From Nanobdellati archaeon (GTDB taxonomy: Archaea; Nanobdellota; Nanobdellia; Woesearchaeales; JAADFO01), in the NCBI GenBank assembly GCA_013152815.1, contig JAADFO010000044.1:1-55942 (forward strand): a stretch of DNA of 55,942 nucleotides, read 5' to 3'. Position numbers and translations under genes: made by a program. This document shows, one piece after another, positions 9,569-19,130 of this stretch. The first letter of the stretch is position 1. Every line of letters starts with the position of its first letter. The notes under the pieces were generated by a model, which did no database searches, was not told the DNA's origin, and saw nothing but the letters and a program-made list of their open reading frames with translations.

Positions 9569-10385
9569 AGGGAAGATCGTCGCAGAGAAGGTCCTCCGGG
9601 AGCTTTCCACAGCCCTTTCTTCATTGGTGCAGAGACCAGGGCTGGCCATCATCCAGGTCGGTGAGGATCCTGCATCCCTGATCTATGTGCGGAAGAAGGT
9701 CGAGGCCTGCGCCCGGTGGGGGCTGAAGGCGGAACGCATAGGTTTCCCCCTCGACGTGACCATCAGGACTCTGCAGGCGAAGATAGAAGAGCTTAACGCC
9801 CGGGAGGACGTCGACGGCATCATCGTGCAGCTTCCCCTGCCTCTCCATCTCGATGTGGAGGCCATCGTCAGGGTCATCAGTCCGGACAAGGATGTCGACG
9901 GCTTCCATCCTCTCAACATCGGTCTCCTGACCAGGAAAACGCCACGCTTCATCCCCGGGACGCCTCTCGGCATTCTCCATATGCTCAAGCACCATCATAT
10001 CCCTGTCGCAGGAAAACATGCGGTCATCGTGGGACGGAGCAACATCGTCGGCAGGCCCCTGGCCCAGCTTCTCCTCAACCATGATGCGACGGTCACGGTC
10101 TGCCATTCAAAGACAAAAGAGCTTGCCTCCCTGACTGTCCAGGCCGACATACTCATCTCTGCAGTAGGGAAGCCCGGTCTCATCACCTCTGCAATGGTGA
10201 AGCAGGATGCCGTTGTCATCGATGTGGGGACCTCACGGGTTGACGGAAAGCTTCGGGGTGACGTGGATTTTGAAGAGGTCAGAAAAAAGGCCTCTTTCAT
10301 CACTCCTGTTCCCGGAGGCGTCGGTCCCATGACCGTGGCCATGCTCATGAAGAACACCGTCGATGCCTATCGAAGACGGCATTGA
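9549..10385 (+). CDS. folD: Methylenetetrahydrofolate dehydrogenase/cyclohydrolase
   Basis: GIIVQLPLP, KDVDGFHP, GRSNIVGRP, TPVPGGVGPMTVAML. Confidence 0.97.
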   Translation: MPAELLEGKIVAEKVLRELSTALSSLVQRPGLAIIQVGEDPASLIYVRKKVEACARWGLKAERIGFPLDVTIRTLQAKIEELNAREDVDGIIVQLPLPLHLDVEAIVRVISPDKDVDGFHPLNIGLLTRKTPRFIPGTPLGILHMLKHHHIPVAGKHAVIVGRSNIVGRPLAQLLLNHDATVTVCHSKTKELASLTVQADILISAVGKPGLITSAMVKQDAVVIDVGTSRVDGKLRGDVDFEEVRKKASFITPVPGGVGPMTVAMLMKNTVDAYRRRH

Positions 10386-10489
10386 ACGCTTTTTCTGTTC
10401 GTTCTGTCCTGCAGAAAACACTGTCAAGACACTATCGATACGCATATGCACATCACGAGAAAACAGAAGAACAGGGATCTGGAACCTGT

Positions 10490-11074
10490 TCAGTCTTTCT
10501 TTTCTTTCTTGTCGTCGGGCTTTGCATCCTTGGCAGGGGATTTCTCTTCCTTCCCGGCAGGAGGTGAAGTTTCCTTGTCTTTCTTCTCTTCCTGCTTCTG
10601 GACCTTATCTTCTTTTTTCTTTTCTTCTTTTTTCGGCCCTTCTTTCTTTTCCGCTGCCTGCCCTTTGGTCTCTTCCTTGGTCTGTTCCTTGGGCTCTTCG
10701 GCAGGTTTCTCTTCGAGGGGAGCCTTACCTACCTTGACGACCTTGAGGTTCACCTGCGCAGTCTTGGTGTAGATCTGGTTCCCTGCGACGGTCTTCCGCT
10801 GCTTTATCCCCTTGTCTTTCCGCTTGAGACCGATGCCCTCGACAGCGAGGATCTGTTTCTTCTGGTTGCCGTCCACATCCCATCTCATGGGGAATCCGGC
10901 AGCATCAGAACCGCCGGTGATCAGGAACTCATAGCCCTCCAGTCCGAAGGCATCCCCTTTGACCGTCTCCTTGATCTTCTTGCCGTAGAGAGACCTGCTC
11001 TGGGTCTCGTCCAGGACCTTCTGATGGCTCTTTCCGGTCTTGGGATCGCTGATGATGATTTTCAGTTCTGCCAT
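10490..11074 (-). CDS. rps6e: 30S ribosomal protein eS6 with Lys/Glu-rich C-terminal tail (start revised)
   Basis: MAELKIIISDPKTGKS, ITGGSDAAGFPMR, RKTVAGN. Confidence 0.95.
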   Translation of the reverse strand: MAELKIIISDPKTGKSHQKVLDETQSRSLYGKKIKETVKGDAFGLEGYEFLITGGSDAAGFPMRWDVDGNQKKQILAVEGIGLKRKDKGIKQRKTVAGNQIYTKTAQVNLKVVKVGKAPLEEKPAEEPKEQTKEETKGQAAEKKEGPKKEEKKKEDKVQKQEEKKDKETSPPAGKEEKSPAKDAKPDDKKEKKD

Positions 11075-11197
11075 ATTATGCACCCTCCGAGTATGTCGAT
11101 GGTTCCTGAAATCCTGTTCCATTTAAAAAGGTTTGCTTCCCGTGCAGGGCCATCGGGAAAGAAGCATTTATATATGGACTGCTCTGCTCCATTCCCC

Positions 11198-12163
11198 ATG
11201 AACTTCCAGGATCTCCAACGGGTCGAGACCTTCCAGACCTATCTGGACCTTGCCCTTCGGAAAGGGCGAGAGTCTCGTGCAGGCATGAAACGGCCAGGAC
11301 GGAAAGTGGCTCCCATCGACGTCATCAAGAACAAGGAGCTGCTGCGTCTTTCTACCGTCAACAAGACCATCAGCCGCGCTTTGAACAGGATATTGACCCG
11401 GTTCCCGACCCTCGACCACCTCCCTCCCTTCTATCTGAGCCTCCTCAAGGCGACGCTGGAATACTCCCAGGTGAAGAAGAGCCTGGGGGCGTTGAACTGG
11501 GCGGTGGGGAAGGTCAACACGTTCACGACGCTCTACACGGTGAAGCTGAAGAAGGCGCGTGAGCTTTCCCTTGTCCATCATCTGCCCAAAGAGTATGTGG
11601 GCAGGATATCGTCGGTGATGCGTCAGATAGCAGATCCTCTGATCTATCTGGAAGAGGTCAGGAAGGTCATGAAACGCTATCCTGCGATAAAGACCGAGCT
11701 TCCCACGGTGGCCATCTACGGCTTCCCGAACGTCGGCAAGACCACCCTGCTGACGAAGCTCACCCGGTCGACGCCGGAGATCAATTCCTATGCATTCACC
11801 ACGCGAAACATCAACGTGGGCAACATCAGAATGGAGAACAGGACGATACAGGTGGTGGACACGCCGGGAATTCTTGACAGGGAGAAAAAGATGAACAGCA
11901 TCGAGATGCAGGCAGAGCTCGTCCTCAAGCACGTTGCCAATGTCATCGTCTATGTCTATGACCTCACTGAACCCTATCCTCTGAAGGACCAGAAGAAGCT
12001 CTATGCACGGGTGCGCAAGCAATATCCTGCCCTCCCGATCATCCCCTATCTGAGCAAGGTCGATATCCTCGAAGCAGGCAAGATAGCAGCTTCAGGATTG
12101 AAATGCCTTACCGATTATAAGATGGTAGAAAAAGAGATTCTCAGGCGGCTGCGCGTTCGATGA
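11198..12163 (+). CDS. NOG1-like (OBG family) GTPase (start revised)
   Basis: GFPNVGKT, YAFTT, DTPG, SKVD, with an N-terminal helical region (FPTLDHLPPFY). Confidence 0.92.
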   Translation: MNFQDLQRVETFQTYLDLALRKGRESRAGMKRPGRKVAPIDVIKNKELLRLSTVNKTISRALNRILTRFPTLDHLPPFYLSLLKATLEYSQVKKSLGALNWAVGKVNTFTTLYTVKLKKARELSLVHHLPKEYVGRISSVMRQIADPLIYLEEVRKVMKRYPAIKTELPTVAIYGFPNVGKTTLLTKLTRSTPEINSYAFTTRNINVGNIRMENRTIQVVDTPGILDREKKMNSIEMQAELVLKHVANVIVYVYDLTEPYPLKDQKKLYARVRKQYPALPIIPYLSKVDILEAGKIAASGLKCLTDYKMVEKEILRRLRVR

Positions 12164-12665
12164 CCTGGCAGGCGCAGGGAAGCTTGTAGGCTGCCTTCTT
12201 GAGCGCCTGCTTGGCGAGATTGATGTTGCTCTTGTCCACCGACGCTGTGAAGAGCACCTGTCCTTCCTTGACCCTGGCTGCCGAGCCTATGGGCTTGCCG
12301 AAGCTCATCTTCATCCCGGTGCTCATACGGTCTGCTCCTGCTCCTGATGCCAGCGGGTTCTCACGGAGGATATGATGAGGATAGATCCTGATGCGAAGGT
12401 TGAAGCCGACCTTGCTGACAGCCCCTTCAAGCACCCTGTTGGCTGCGAGCCTTGCCGATTCGATGGCGTTGTGCCGTATCTGCAGGCTATCCTTGGACAC
12501 CAGGTCGATGGTGTGAGCGAATCTCTTGGAGAGGTTGCCCATGTCATAGCGGACTACCTTGCTGTTGGGCATCGCCTTGATGTAGGACTTCTCACGGAAC
12601 TTGGATCTCCTGGTATAGGGCCGTTCGATGCTCCTGTAGGCGCATGCTTTCCTCAGTTTTGCCAT
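12141..12665 (-). CDS. rpl10e: 50S ribosomal protein uL16 (L10e)
   Basis: QIRHNAIESAR, YPHHILREN, GAGADRMSTGM, FGKPIG. Confidence 0.97.
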   Translation of the reverse strand: MAKLRKACAYRSIERPYTRRSKFREKSYIKAMPNSKVVRYDMGNLSKRFAHTIDLVSKDSLQIRHNAIESARLAANRVLEGAVSKVGFNLRIRIYPHHILRENPLASGAGADRMSTGMKMSFGKPIGSAARVKEGQVLFTASVDKSNINLAKQALKKAAYKLPCACQVIERAAA

Positions 12666-12831
12666 CTTCTCGAGTGATTATGAGCTGTTTATAAAACTTT
12701 CTTTTTGCTTCCCAAAGCAGAAACAAAAGGCCAAAAACAAAAGGTTTATAAAGAAAAAGTTCCAAGGAATATCTAGATTAGTCACAAGTTGGTTATGAAA
12801 TCCGTATCCTGTGAAAAGAGGTGTTGATGCA

Positions 12832-13410
12832 ATGGTTCACTCTATCTGGAAAAAAGGTTCATTGAATCTTTCTATAGAAGCTATCGTCATCCTCATCATG
12901 GCCATCACCATGCTGGGCCTTGGCTTGGGTTTTATCCGGGACAAGTTCGGGAACGCGGGCAATCTCATAAGCGATGTGCAGCAGAAGGTCCGTGAGGATG
13001 TCCAACGGGACCTCTCCAATTCCAACAAGAAGGTCTCCTTCCCGAAGACCGAGTTCAAGCTTGCGTCAGGAGACTCTGAGGTTGCCCTGGTCGGCATCAA
13101 GAACGATGGAGACGCGAAGCAGGATTTCTTTGTTTCCATCGAGATGCAGGATAGCAGTGGAGACATGGTTTCCTGGGATAACCCGTCCCTTGGAACGCCT
13201 CTGCCTGGTGATTTCACCTTCTCTTCAACCTATGACCAGATCGCTCCTGGAGCTATCCAACTGATACCCATAAAGATAAGAGCCAATCCCAATCCTGCCA
13301 CAACAAAAGCATCTTACATATACAAGCTTTCCTTGTGCACTGGAGATCCATGTGGCACATCCAACAGCAAGGTTTTTGCCACTAAGAATTTCTTTCTGAA
13401 GATAATCTAA
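12832..13410 (+). CDS. Class III signal-peptide pilin-like protein
   Basis: KKG|SLNLSIEAIVILIMAITMLGLGLGFI followed by a beta-rich domain with a Cys pair. Confidence 0.82.
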   Translation: MVHSIWKKGSLNLSIEAIVILIMAITMLGLGLGFIRDKFGNAGNLISDVQQKVREDVQRDLSNSNKKVSFPKTEFKLASGDSEVALVGIKNDGDAKQDFFVSIEMQDSSGDMVSWDNPSLGTPLPGDFTFSSTYDQIAPGAIQLIPIKIRANPNPATTKASYIYKLSLCTGDPCGTSNSKVFATKNFFLKII

Positions 13411-13419
13411 GGTGATCCC

Positions 13420-14061
13420 ATGAAACGAACCATCCACCGGAAAAGAAGGAAGAAAGCATCCCTCAACATCGCGATCAATGCCATCGTCATCCTCGTCATG
13501 GCCATCACCATGCTAGGCCTTGGCCTGGGTTTCATCCGGGACAAGTTCGGCAGTGCAGGCGACCTTCTCGACGATGTGCAGCAGAAGGTGAAAGAAGGCA
13601 TCATCGAGGATTTCTCCTCAGGACCATCCATAATCTCCTTTCCTAAATCGACCTTCAAGATTTCCGCAGGGGATTCTCTTGTGATTGCAGCAGGCATAAA
13701 AAATCAGGAAGAGACAGCGAAAAACTTCGGTGTCGAACTTATCGCTTTAAATCAGGATACAGTTGATGCAGCAGGAGTAAGTAATGCTGGTGACCCCATC
13801 GATTCTGATGCTGATCAGGCATTGAGTTTCCAGTATATCTATGGTTATGATGATATCGCTCCCAATGATTATCGCATCGTACCCATAAAGATCATGACCA
13901 AAACAGGAACCGCTGTTCTGAATAAAGGCCAAACATTCTTTGTCCGTTTCCGGGTCTGTGATGAAGGCGCTGCGACTACTGGTGTGCCTGCTGAACAATG
14001 CAGCAAATCTGGTTCCTATACGACCTATGCACAGAAGGAATTTTTCATCGAGATAATATGA
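13420..14061 (+). CDS. Class III signal-peptide pilin-like protein, paralog of the previous gene
   Basis: KKA|SLNIAINAIVILVMAITMLGLGLGFIRDKFG; GGTGA SD upstream. Confidence 0.82.
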   Translation: MKRTIHRKRRKKASLNIAINAIVILVMAITMLGLGLGFIRDKFGSAGDLLDDVQQKVKEGIIEDFSSGPSIISFPKSTFKISAGDSLVIAAGIKNQEETAKNFGVELIALNQDTVDAAGVSNAGDPIDSDADQALSFQYIYGYDDIAPNDYRIVPIKIMTKTGTAVLNKGQTFFVRFRVCDEGAATTGVPAEQCSKSGSYTTYAQKEFFIEII

Positions 14062-14086
14062 TACGAGGGATACGAGGTGTTTAATC

Positions 14087-14320
14087 ATGGCTAAAATGAA
14101 GAAGAGGCTCACACAAAGCGAAGAGTTCGAGATCATGAAGCTGGTCCTGGACAAGTTCCTCTGGCTCGGCTTCGCCATCATGACCTATGGGTTGTGGGCG
14201 ATGATCTCTGACAATGTCACCCATGGCATCATGCGGGGATTGTCCTTCATGATCGCGGGCGCCATCGTCCTGATACTGTTCATGATGCTCCTGGTCAAGG
14301 AGTATGAGATCCTCAAATGA
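14087..14320 (+). CDS. Small two-TM membrane protein
   Basis: EEFEIMKLVLDKFLWLG plus two hydrophobic segments; GAGGTG SD; T-rich tract downstream. Confidence 0.8.
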   Translation: MAKMKKRLTQSEEFEIMKLVLDKFLWLGFAIMTYGLWAMISDNVTHGIMRGLSFMIAGAIVLILFMMLLVKEYEILK

Positions 14321-14439
14321 GCGGTCTTTTTTTCTTTTTCCATAACTTTTCTTTTTCCCATAACTTTTATATATGAGCGTGCCTGATCTTCATCCATGCT
14401 GAGGGACCATCCAAGAAACCATAGAAAAGGTGATAGAGG

Positions 14440-15888
14440 ATCAGACGTCTGCTATTAATTCTCATCGTCTTGTCGCTTGTTGCAGCCATCGTGCTGACCG
14501 CCTGTTCGTCTCCCCAGTGCGAGGCCGACAGCGGCTGCAATGACCAGAACGCCTGCACCATAGATAAATGCAATGCAGAGGGGCTCTGCGCCCACCGGAA
14601 GATCGCCGGCTGCACCTGCGGCGACCAGACCTGTGACCCGAAGATAAACGAGAACAGCTGCACCTGCCCTACTGACTGCGGTCCCTGCACCGGTGCAGAG
14701 AATCCCTATGTGGAGAAGTACTGCGCCGACGTCAACGGCAAGCAAACCTGTGTCTCTGGTGTTCCTCCCTCGAAGATCGATCAGAAGAGCATCTCTGACA
14801 AGATAGACACACGGAAGTTCGTCATGACCGCAACCTACTACTACGACAATCCCTTCGACGTCTCCCGCGCGGTCTTCAACGTGCACATCGTGCTCGACAA
14901 GCTCAACACCGGCGTCAAGCAGCCGAAGATCACAAAGATCAAGGTCCTGGAGAAGCTGGACCGGAGAGGACGGGAGCTCAACATCCTGGGCGAGAAAGAG
15001 GTCGATAAGGTCCTCTGGAGCAAGGATACCACCATCGACGAGGACATCATCCTCGACAAGGTCTCGGCCAACATGACCCCTGCCGAAAAGAGCCTGACCG
15101 TCAAGATGTCCTATGAATACCTGACGACCGTCCGGGGAGAGGACGTGGTGAACACCGGCGACTATGAGAAGCAGCTCTCTGACCCCATCACCCTGCTCGG
15201 CTCAGGACCCCCGAGCGTCTGTCCGTCGAGCTGTGATGACCAGAACTCCTGCACCCGGGACTACTGCCAGGCATCGACCGACTATTTCTGCGCCCATGAC
15301 CTGCTGAACAGGGCATGCTGCGGGAACAACGTCTGTGACGCAGGGGAGAACACCTGTCTCTGTCCAGAGGACTGCGGCTCCTGCGACCAGCTGGTCGGCG
15401 AGTATGTGGAATACGCCTGCGTCGACGATGCCTGCGTCACCAGGCTCCGTGATGCTGCGGTGGTCGAACCCATCACCCTCATCGACTCCAACCTGTGGAG
15501 CGACTTCAAGATCGACACCAAGACGACCTTCAACAAGCCTTTCAGCATCAAGGACGATGTCTTCACCATCGGTTTCGAGCTCATCAACAAGAAAGAAGGT
15601 GTCCGGGACATCCTCATAAAGAAGGCCCAGATGACCGACGGCAACGAGCTTCTCGGTGAGATAACCTTTGCCAAGGCCATGGATACGGTGGGGACGATCC
15701 AGATAGTAAAACTGCCCATGAACTTTGTCAAGAACATCGCTGACGAAGAAGAGAAGAACCTCCGGCTCAAGATCTACTATGACTATCAGCCGCCTCCGAA
15801 CAGCAAAGGAGAATACGGTCCCAAGCGCATCAACCAGATCTACACCATCAGCTACAGCAAGGTCATCTTCGTCAATCCCGAGGTCTGA
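14440..15888 (+). CDS. Cys-rich surface lipoprotein with two [Cys-repeat + beta-sandwich-like] modules; probable ATC start
   Basis: (M)RRLLLILIVLSLVAAIVLTA|C lipobox; CNDQNACTIDKC / CDDQNSCTRDYC and CG(D/N)xxCD..ENxCxCPxDC modules each occur twice. Confidence 0.85.
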   Translation: MRRLLLILIVLSLVAAIVLTACSSPQCEADSGCNDQNACTIDKCNAEGLCAHRKIAGCTCGDQTCDPKINENSCTCPTDCGPCTGAENPYVEKYCADVNGKQTCVSGVPPSKIDQKSISDKIDTRKFVMTATYYYDNPFDVSRAVFNVHIVLDKLNTGVKQPKITKIKVLEKLDRRGRELNILGEKEVDKVLWSKDTTIDEDIILDKVSANMTPAEKSLTVKMSYEYLTTVRGEDVVNTGDYEKQLSDPITLLGSGPPSVCPSSCDDQNSCTRDYCQASTDYFCAHDLLNRACCGNNVCDAGENTCLCPEDCGSCDQLVGEYVEYACVDDACVTRLRDAAVVEPITLIDSNLWSDFKIDTKTTFNKPFSIKDDVFTIGFELINKKEGVRDILIKKAQMTDGNELLGEITFAKAMDTVGTIQIVKLPMNFVKNIADEEEKNLRLKIYYDYQPPPNSKGEYGPKRINQIYTISYSKVIFVNPEV

Positions 15889-15890
15889 AG

Positions 15891-16478
15891 ATGCAGAAGA
15901 AGGCAGCCATCGAGCTCTCCATCAACTTCATCGTCATCATCGTCATGTCGGTGGTCATCTTCGCCGGCGGCATCTTCATCGCGCAGAAGATGTTCAGCGG
16001 CGCCGACGATGTACTCAACGACCTTGACCAGCAGTCTGTGGCTCGGATAGAGTCCCTTCTCGACGATGGCGCACGAGTGGCCATCCCCTTCAAGACCAGG
16101 CAGGCTTCCCGGGGCGAGTCTGCGGTGTTCGGCATCGGCATACTGAACATACTAAAGACGCCCACTGATTTCACCATCGAGGTGGAATTCGACAGCGCCT
16201 ACGACGGAGACACTCTTCTCTGCGACAGCAGCAGCAATCCGACAGGCTGCACTCCTGCTGCAACATCATGGAACACTCCTGACGATTGGCCCATCTATGA
16301 TACCCAGCCGCACACGCTGAAGACCAACCAGAAGGATGTCTATCGCATACTCGTCAAAGTTCCTGACGATGCCACGAGCGGGACCTATATCTTCAATGTC
16401 AAAGTAACTTATGAAGATTCCCCCGGTAATCCCATCTCCTACGACCCGCTAAGAAAGCTTCTCGTCAATGTGCCCTAA
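15891..16478 (+). CDS. Class III signal-peptide pilin-like protein
   Basis: MQKKA|AIELSINFIVIIVMSVVIFAGG. Confidence 0.82.
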   Translation: MQKKAAIELSINFIVIIVMSVVIFAGGIFIAQKMFSGADDVLNDLDQQSVARIESLLDDGARVAIPFKTRQASRGESAVFGIGILNILKTPTDFTIEVEFDSAYDGDTLLCDSSSNPTGCTPAATSWNTPDDWPIYDTQPHTLKTNQKDVYRILVKVPDDATSGTYIFNVKVTYEDSPGNPISYDPLRKLLVNVP

Positions 16479-17191
16479 AGACGGCACAACGCCGCAAACT
16501 GTTCAGGATCCAATGATGCCCCGCCTACCAGGAAGCCGTCCACATGCTCCTGTGCAAGCAGGTCCTTTCCATTGTCGGGCTTCGCGCTCCCTCCATAGAG
16601 CACAGGAACCTGCTTGCTGAAACGTTCAGCAAGCCACGTCTTGATCCTCTTCTGCACCTGCTCAGCATCGGCAGGCTGGGAACATCTTCCTGTCCCGATG
16701 GCCCAGACCGGTTCGTAGGCGATCATGAGCCTGTCTGCATCCTTGACCTGGTCAAGCCCTCTCTCCAGCTGCGTCCTCACCACATCCCAGGTCTTCCCTG
16801 CTTCATGTTCCTTGAGCTGTTCGCCGACGCAGAGGACGACATGGAAACCTTGCCCGAGACCTGCGAGGACTTTCCTGTTGATCAGCCTGTCATCCTCGCC
16901 GAAGAGATGCCTCCGTTCAGAATGGCCTGCCAGGACATGGGTGCATCCCAGTTCCCGGAGCATCGGCAGGGAGATCTCGCCGGTAAACGCCCCTTTCTCC
17001 TCTGGATGGAAGTTCTCTGCCCCGAAGGTGTAGCCTGCATCGGTGAACACATCCAGGACGGTGTAGGGGACGAAGAAGATGATGTCAGCACTTCCCTTGT
17101 CCTGTCGTGCGAACGCTTCCAGATACGCGCGTGCGTCCTTCCGGGTCTTGTGCATCTTCCAGTTCGCTGCGATGATGGTCATGGGATGCAT
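16475..17191 (-). CDS. tpiA: Triosephosphate isomerase (bacterial type)
   Basis: ANWKM, GAFTGEIS, GHSERR, AYEPVWAIGTG, LYGGS, LVGGASL. Confidence 0.97.
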   Translation of the reverse strand: MHPMTIIAANWKMHKTRKDARAYLEAFARQDKGSADIIFFVPYTVLDVFTDAGYTFGAENFHPEEKGAFTGEISLPMLRELGCTHVLAGHSERRHLFGEDDRLINRKVLAGLGQGFHVVLCVGEQLKEHEAGKTWDVVRTQLERGLDQVKDADRLMIAYEPVWAIGTGRCSQPADAEQVQKRIKTWLAERFSKQVPVLYGGSAKPDNGKDLLAQEHVDGFLVGGASLDPEQFAALCRL

Positions 17192-17378
17192 CCGCTTATC
17201 AGAACTTATATACTTTTCTGTTCAGGCGATCCCCGACGCTGCGTCGCTATCCTTCTCGATGGCTGCTCCTTCCATCGACGAGAAAATAGAAAAGTATTTA
17301 AACTTCCGGGCTCCATTCCTCGACGACAGGTCTACAGAGACCCGCACATCTTAACAACAAAAGAGGGGGTAACCCACC

Positions 17379-17741
17379 ATGGCTGAGAAAGTAGCAAAAG
17401 TTGGAATTAAAAAAGAGGGCGGAAAGCTCTACTTCGTCGATAAGCACGGTGACATCTCATCTGCCACCATGGCACGAGGCGGTGGAAAGGCCAAGAGAGG
17501 CGCCAAGAAGGTCGCCAAGGTCGGCATCAAGAAGGTCAAGGGCTATCTGTATTTCGTCGACAAGAAGGGAGACATCTCCAGGGCCAAGATGGCCAGGGGC
17601 GGTCGGAAGAAGAAGGCCAAGAAGAAAGCGAAGAAGAAGGTCGTGAAGAAGAAGGCCAAGAAGAAAGCGAAGAAGAAGGTCGTGAAGAAGAAGGCCAAGA
17701 AGAAGGTCGTGAAGAAGAAGGCCAAGAAGAAGCGACGATAA
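17379..17741 (+). CDS. Small very basic protein: duplicated ~40-aa domain plus histone-H1-like KKKA/KKKVV tail
   Basis: Two copies of KVAKVGIKK..G.LYFVDK.GDIS.A.MARGG; own TATA, GAGGGGG SD and poly-T terminator. Confidence 0.85.
   Translation: MAEKVAKVGIKKEGGKLYFVDKHGDISSATMARGGGKAKRGAKKVAKVGIKKVKGYLYFVDKKGDISRAKMARGGRKKKAKKKAKKKVVKKKAKKKAKKKVVKKKAKKKVVKKKAKKKRR
17607..17732 (+). repeat. Coding tandem repeat (39-bp unit x2 plus shorter derivatives)
   Basis: AAGAAGAAGGCCAAGAAGAAAGCGAAGAAGAAGGTCGTG repeated. Confidence 0.9.
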
Positions 17742-17790
17742 TCCTTTTTTTCTTTTCTTTCTTTTCTTTCTTTTTTTTCTATTCTCTTTG
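17742..17790 (+). terminator. Archaeal oligo-T terminator tract
   Basis: Several T4-T8 runs directly after the stop codon. Confidence 0.65.
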
Positions 17791-17852
17791 CTGTTGCTGG
17801 TTACCGTGATGTTGATGCTGTCCTAGTTCTGGTCGGATCATGCTCAGTGAGA

Positions 17853-18869
17853 TCAGTGAGAAGGAGCAATCTTCGTCTTGTACGCATCGATCCTATCGGT
17901 CGTGGTGGGGTCGGTGTGGTACCTGAGAGCGAGCCAGTAGCTCACCCAGTCGCCGATGGCGATCGCGGTGAAGAGCTTCTGGAACCTGCTCCTGCCCCGT
18001 ATGTTGATCTCGGCCACGAGGACTCCCTGCTCCTTGAGCACCTGTTTGGTCGCCTCCATGGCCTTCTGGACAGGCCGTTCCTCTTCGTCGTCCCGGAGGA
18101 TGATGCAGTAGGTAGCGGCGTTCGCATTGGTGAAACCGTTGATGCCATTATGGCAGAATTCAGGCAGGGTGTTCACACAGGCAGGGGTGTCGGCGTTCTC
18201 GTTGAGGTTGATCTTCCACTTGTAGGCTGCTGCCGAGAGCCGCGAGGATGAGAGGATGAGCGGGATCCTTCCATGGAGCTTGTTCGCGAATATCTGGCCT
18301 AGTTCTTCATGCTCTTTCTTCTTCAGGTTCTTGACAAGGTCAGGTATGTCCTGGGAGAAATCCTCGATGAGATTGAGGTTCCTGAGGATGATGAGCAAGG
18401 GAAGCGTCAGGTAGGTGTAGGCCATCCTCGGCGGAAGATAGGGAGGCAGCAGGATGTGCGGAGTCTTGTTCATGCGGCATATCTCCTGCAGTTTTCCTCC
18501 GGAAGAGACCGATATCAAGGTCTCGTTGATCTTGTATGCCTGACGGTACATGGCCAGGGTCTCCTCGGTATCGCCGGAGTAGGAGACCACAAAGACCAGC
18601 GAATGTCGCGACAGGCTGGGCGGTATGCTGAAGTCCCGTTGGACGATGATGGGTATCTTGCTCCGGGACAGGCAGCCGATGATGCTGCCGGGGATGGCGC
18701 TCCCTCCCATGCCCATGATGATGATCTGGTCGGGCCTTCCTCCTATCTTGAGGTCCTTACCAAGCTTCATCGCCTTCTCGTAGGAGTCGGGGAGTCCCTT
18801 GAGGACGGCATACATGTCCTTGCGGTCGAACTCCTTCTTCAGTTCCTCATAGTCGATCTCGTCTTCCAT
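17853..18869 (-). CDS. Bifunctional phosphoglucose/phosphomannose isomerase (start revised)
   Basis: GMGGSAI, SYSGDTEET, SSGGKL, PPRMA, INLNENA, PEFCHN. Confidence 0.9.
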   Translation of the reverse strand: MEDEIDYEELKKEFDRKDMYAVLKGLPDSYEKAMKLGKDLKIGGRPDQIIIMGMGGSAIPGSIIGCLSRSKIPIIVQRDFSIPPSLSRHSLVFVVSYSGDTEETLAMYRQAYKINETLISVSSGGKLQEICRMNKTPHILLPPYLPPRMAYTYLTLPLLIILRNLNLIEDFSQDIPDLVKNLKKKEHEELGQIFANKLHGRIPLILSSSRLSAAAYKWKINLNENADTPACVNTLPEFCHNGINGFTNANAATYCIILRDDEEERPVQKAMEATKQVLKEQGVLVAEINIRGRSRFQKLFTAIAIGDWVSYWLALRYHTDPTTTDRIDAYKTKIAPSH

Positions 18870-18967
18870 GCTGTTCCTCTGCGGTGTCTGTGTGATGCAG
18901 GTGCTGGCACAATATTTATGTCTTTCCACTGTCCTGTTCAACAACGCTCCTTTGATGCCGACTTAGC

Positions 18968-19108
18968 GGGCTAAGTCAAGTTAAGTGGGACTGCGTCATC
19001 CGTCATCAGGATCAGCGTTTGCAGATGCAAACCTGATCGACGATGACAAGGCGGGGGTCCCTGCGGGGTGCCTTGTAGCAGTCTCATCATCACAAACTTG
19101 ACTTAGTC
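18968..19108. mobile_element. MITE-like element, family A, copy 1 (~141 bp)
   Basis: TIR GGCTAAGTCAAGTT...AACTTGACTTAGTC; flanking direct repeat GACTTAGC (18960-18967, 19109-19116); near-identical to 22559-22703. Confidence 0.9.
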
Positions 19109-19116
19109 GACTTAGC

Positions 19117-19130
19117 AAAAGCTTTTTAAA
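19117..19130 (+). promoter_or_regulatory. BRE-TATA of rpl15e
   Basis: AAAAGCTTTTTAAA. Confidence 0.7.

Noticed and set aside
12141..12163. 23-bp convergent overlap of the NOG1 GTPase and rpl10e
   Set aside because: Ordinary in compact genomes.
12832..14061. Similar gene pair as a DGR template/variable repeat
   Set aside because: Differences are mostly synonymous and not adenine-specific, lie at the 5' end, and no reverse transcriptase is present.
17607..17732. Tandem repeats as a CRISPR array (also 8644-8693)
   Set aside because: No unique spacers; coding or only two copies; no cas genes.
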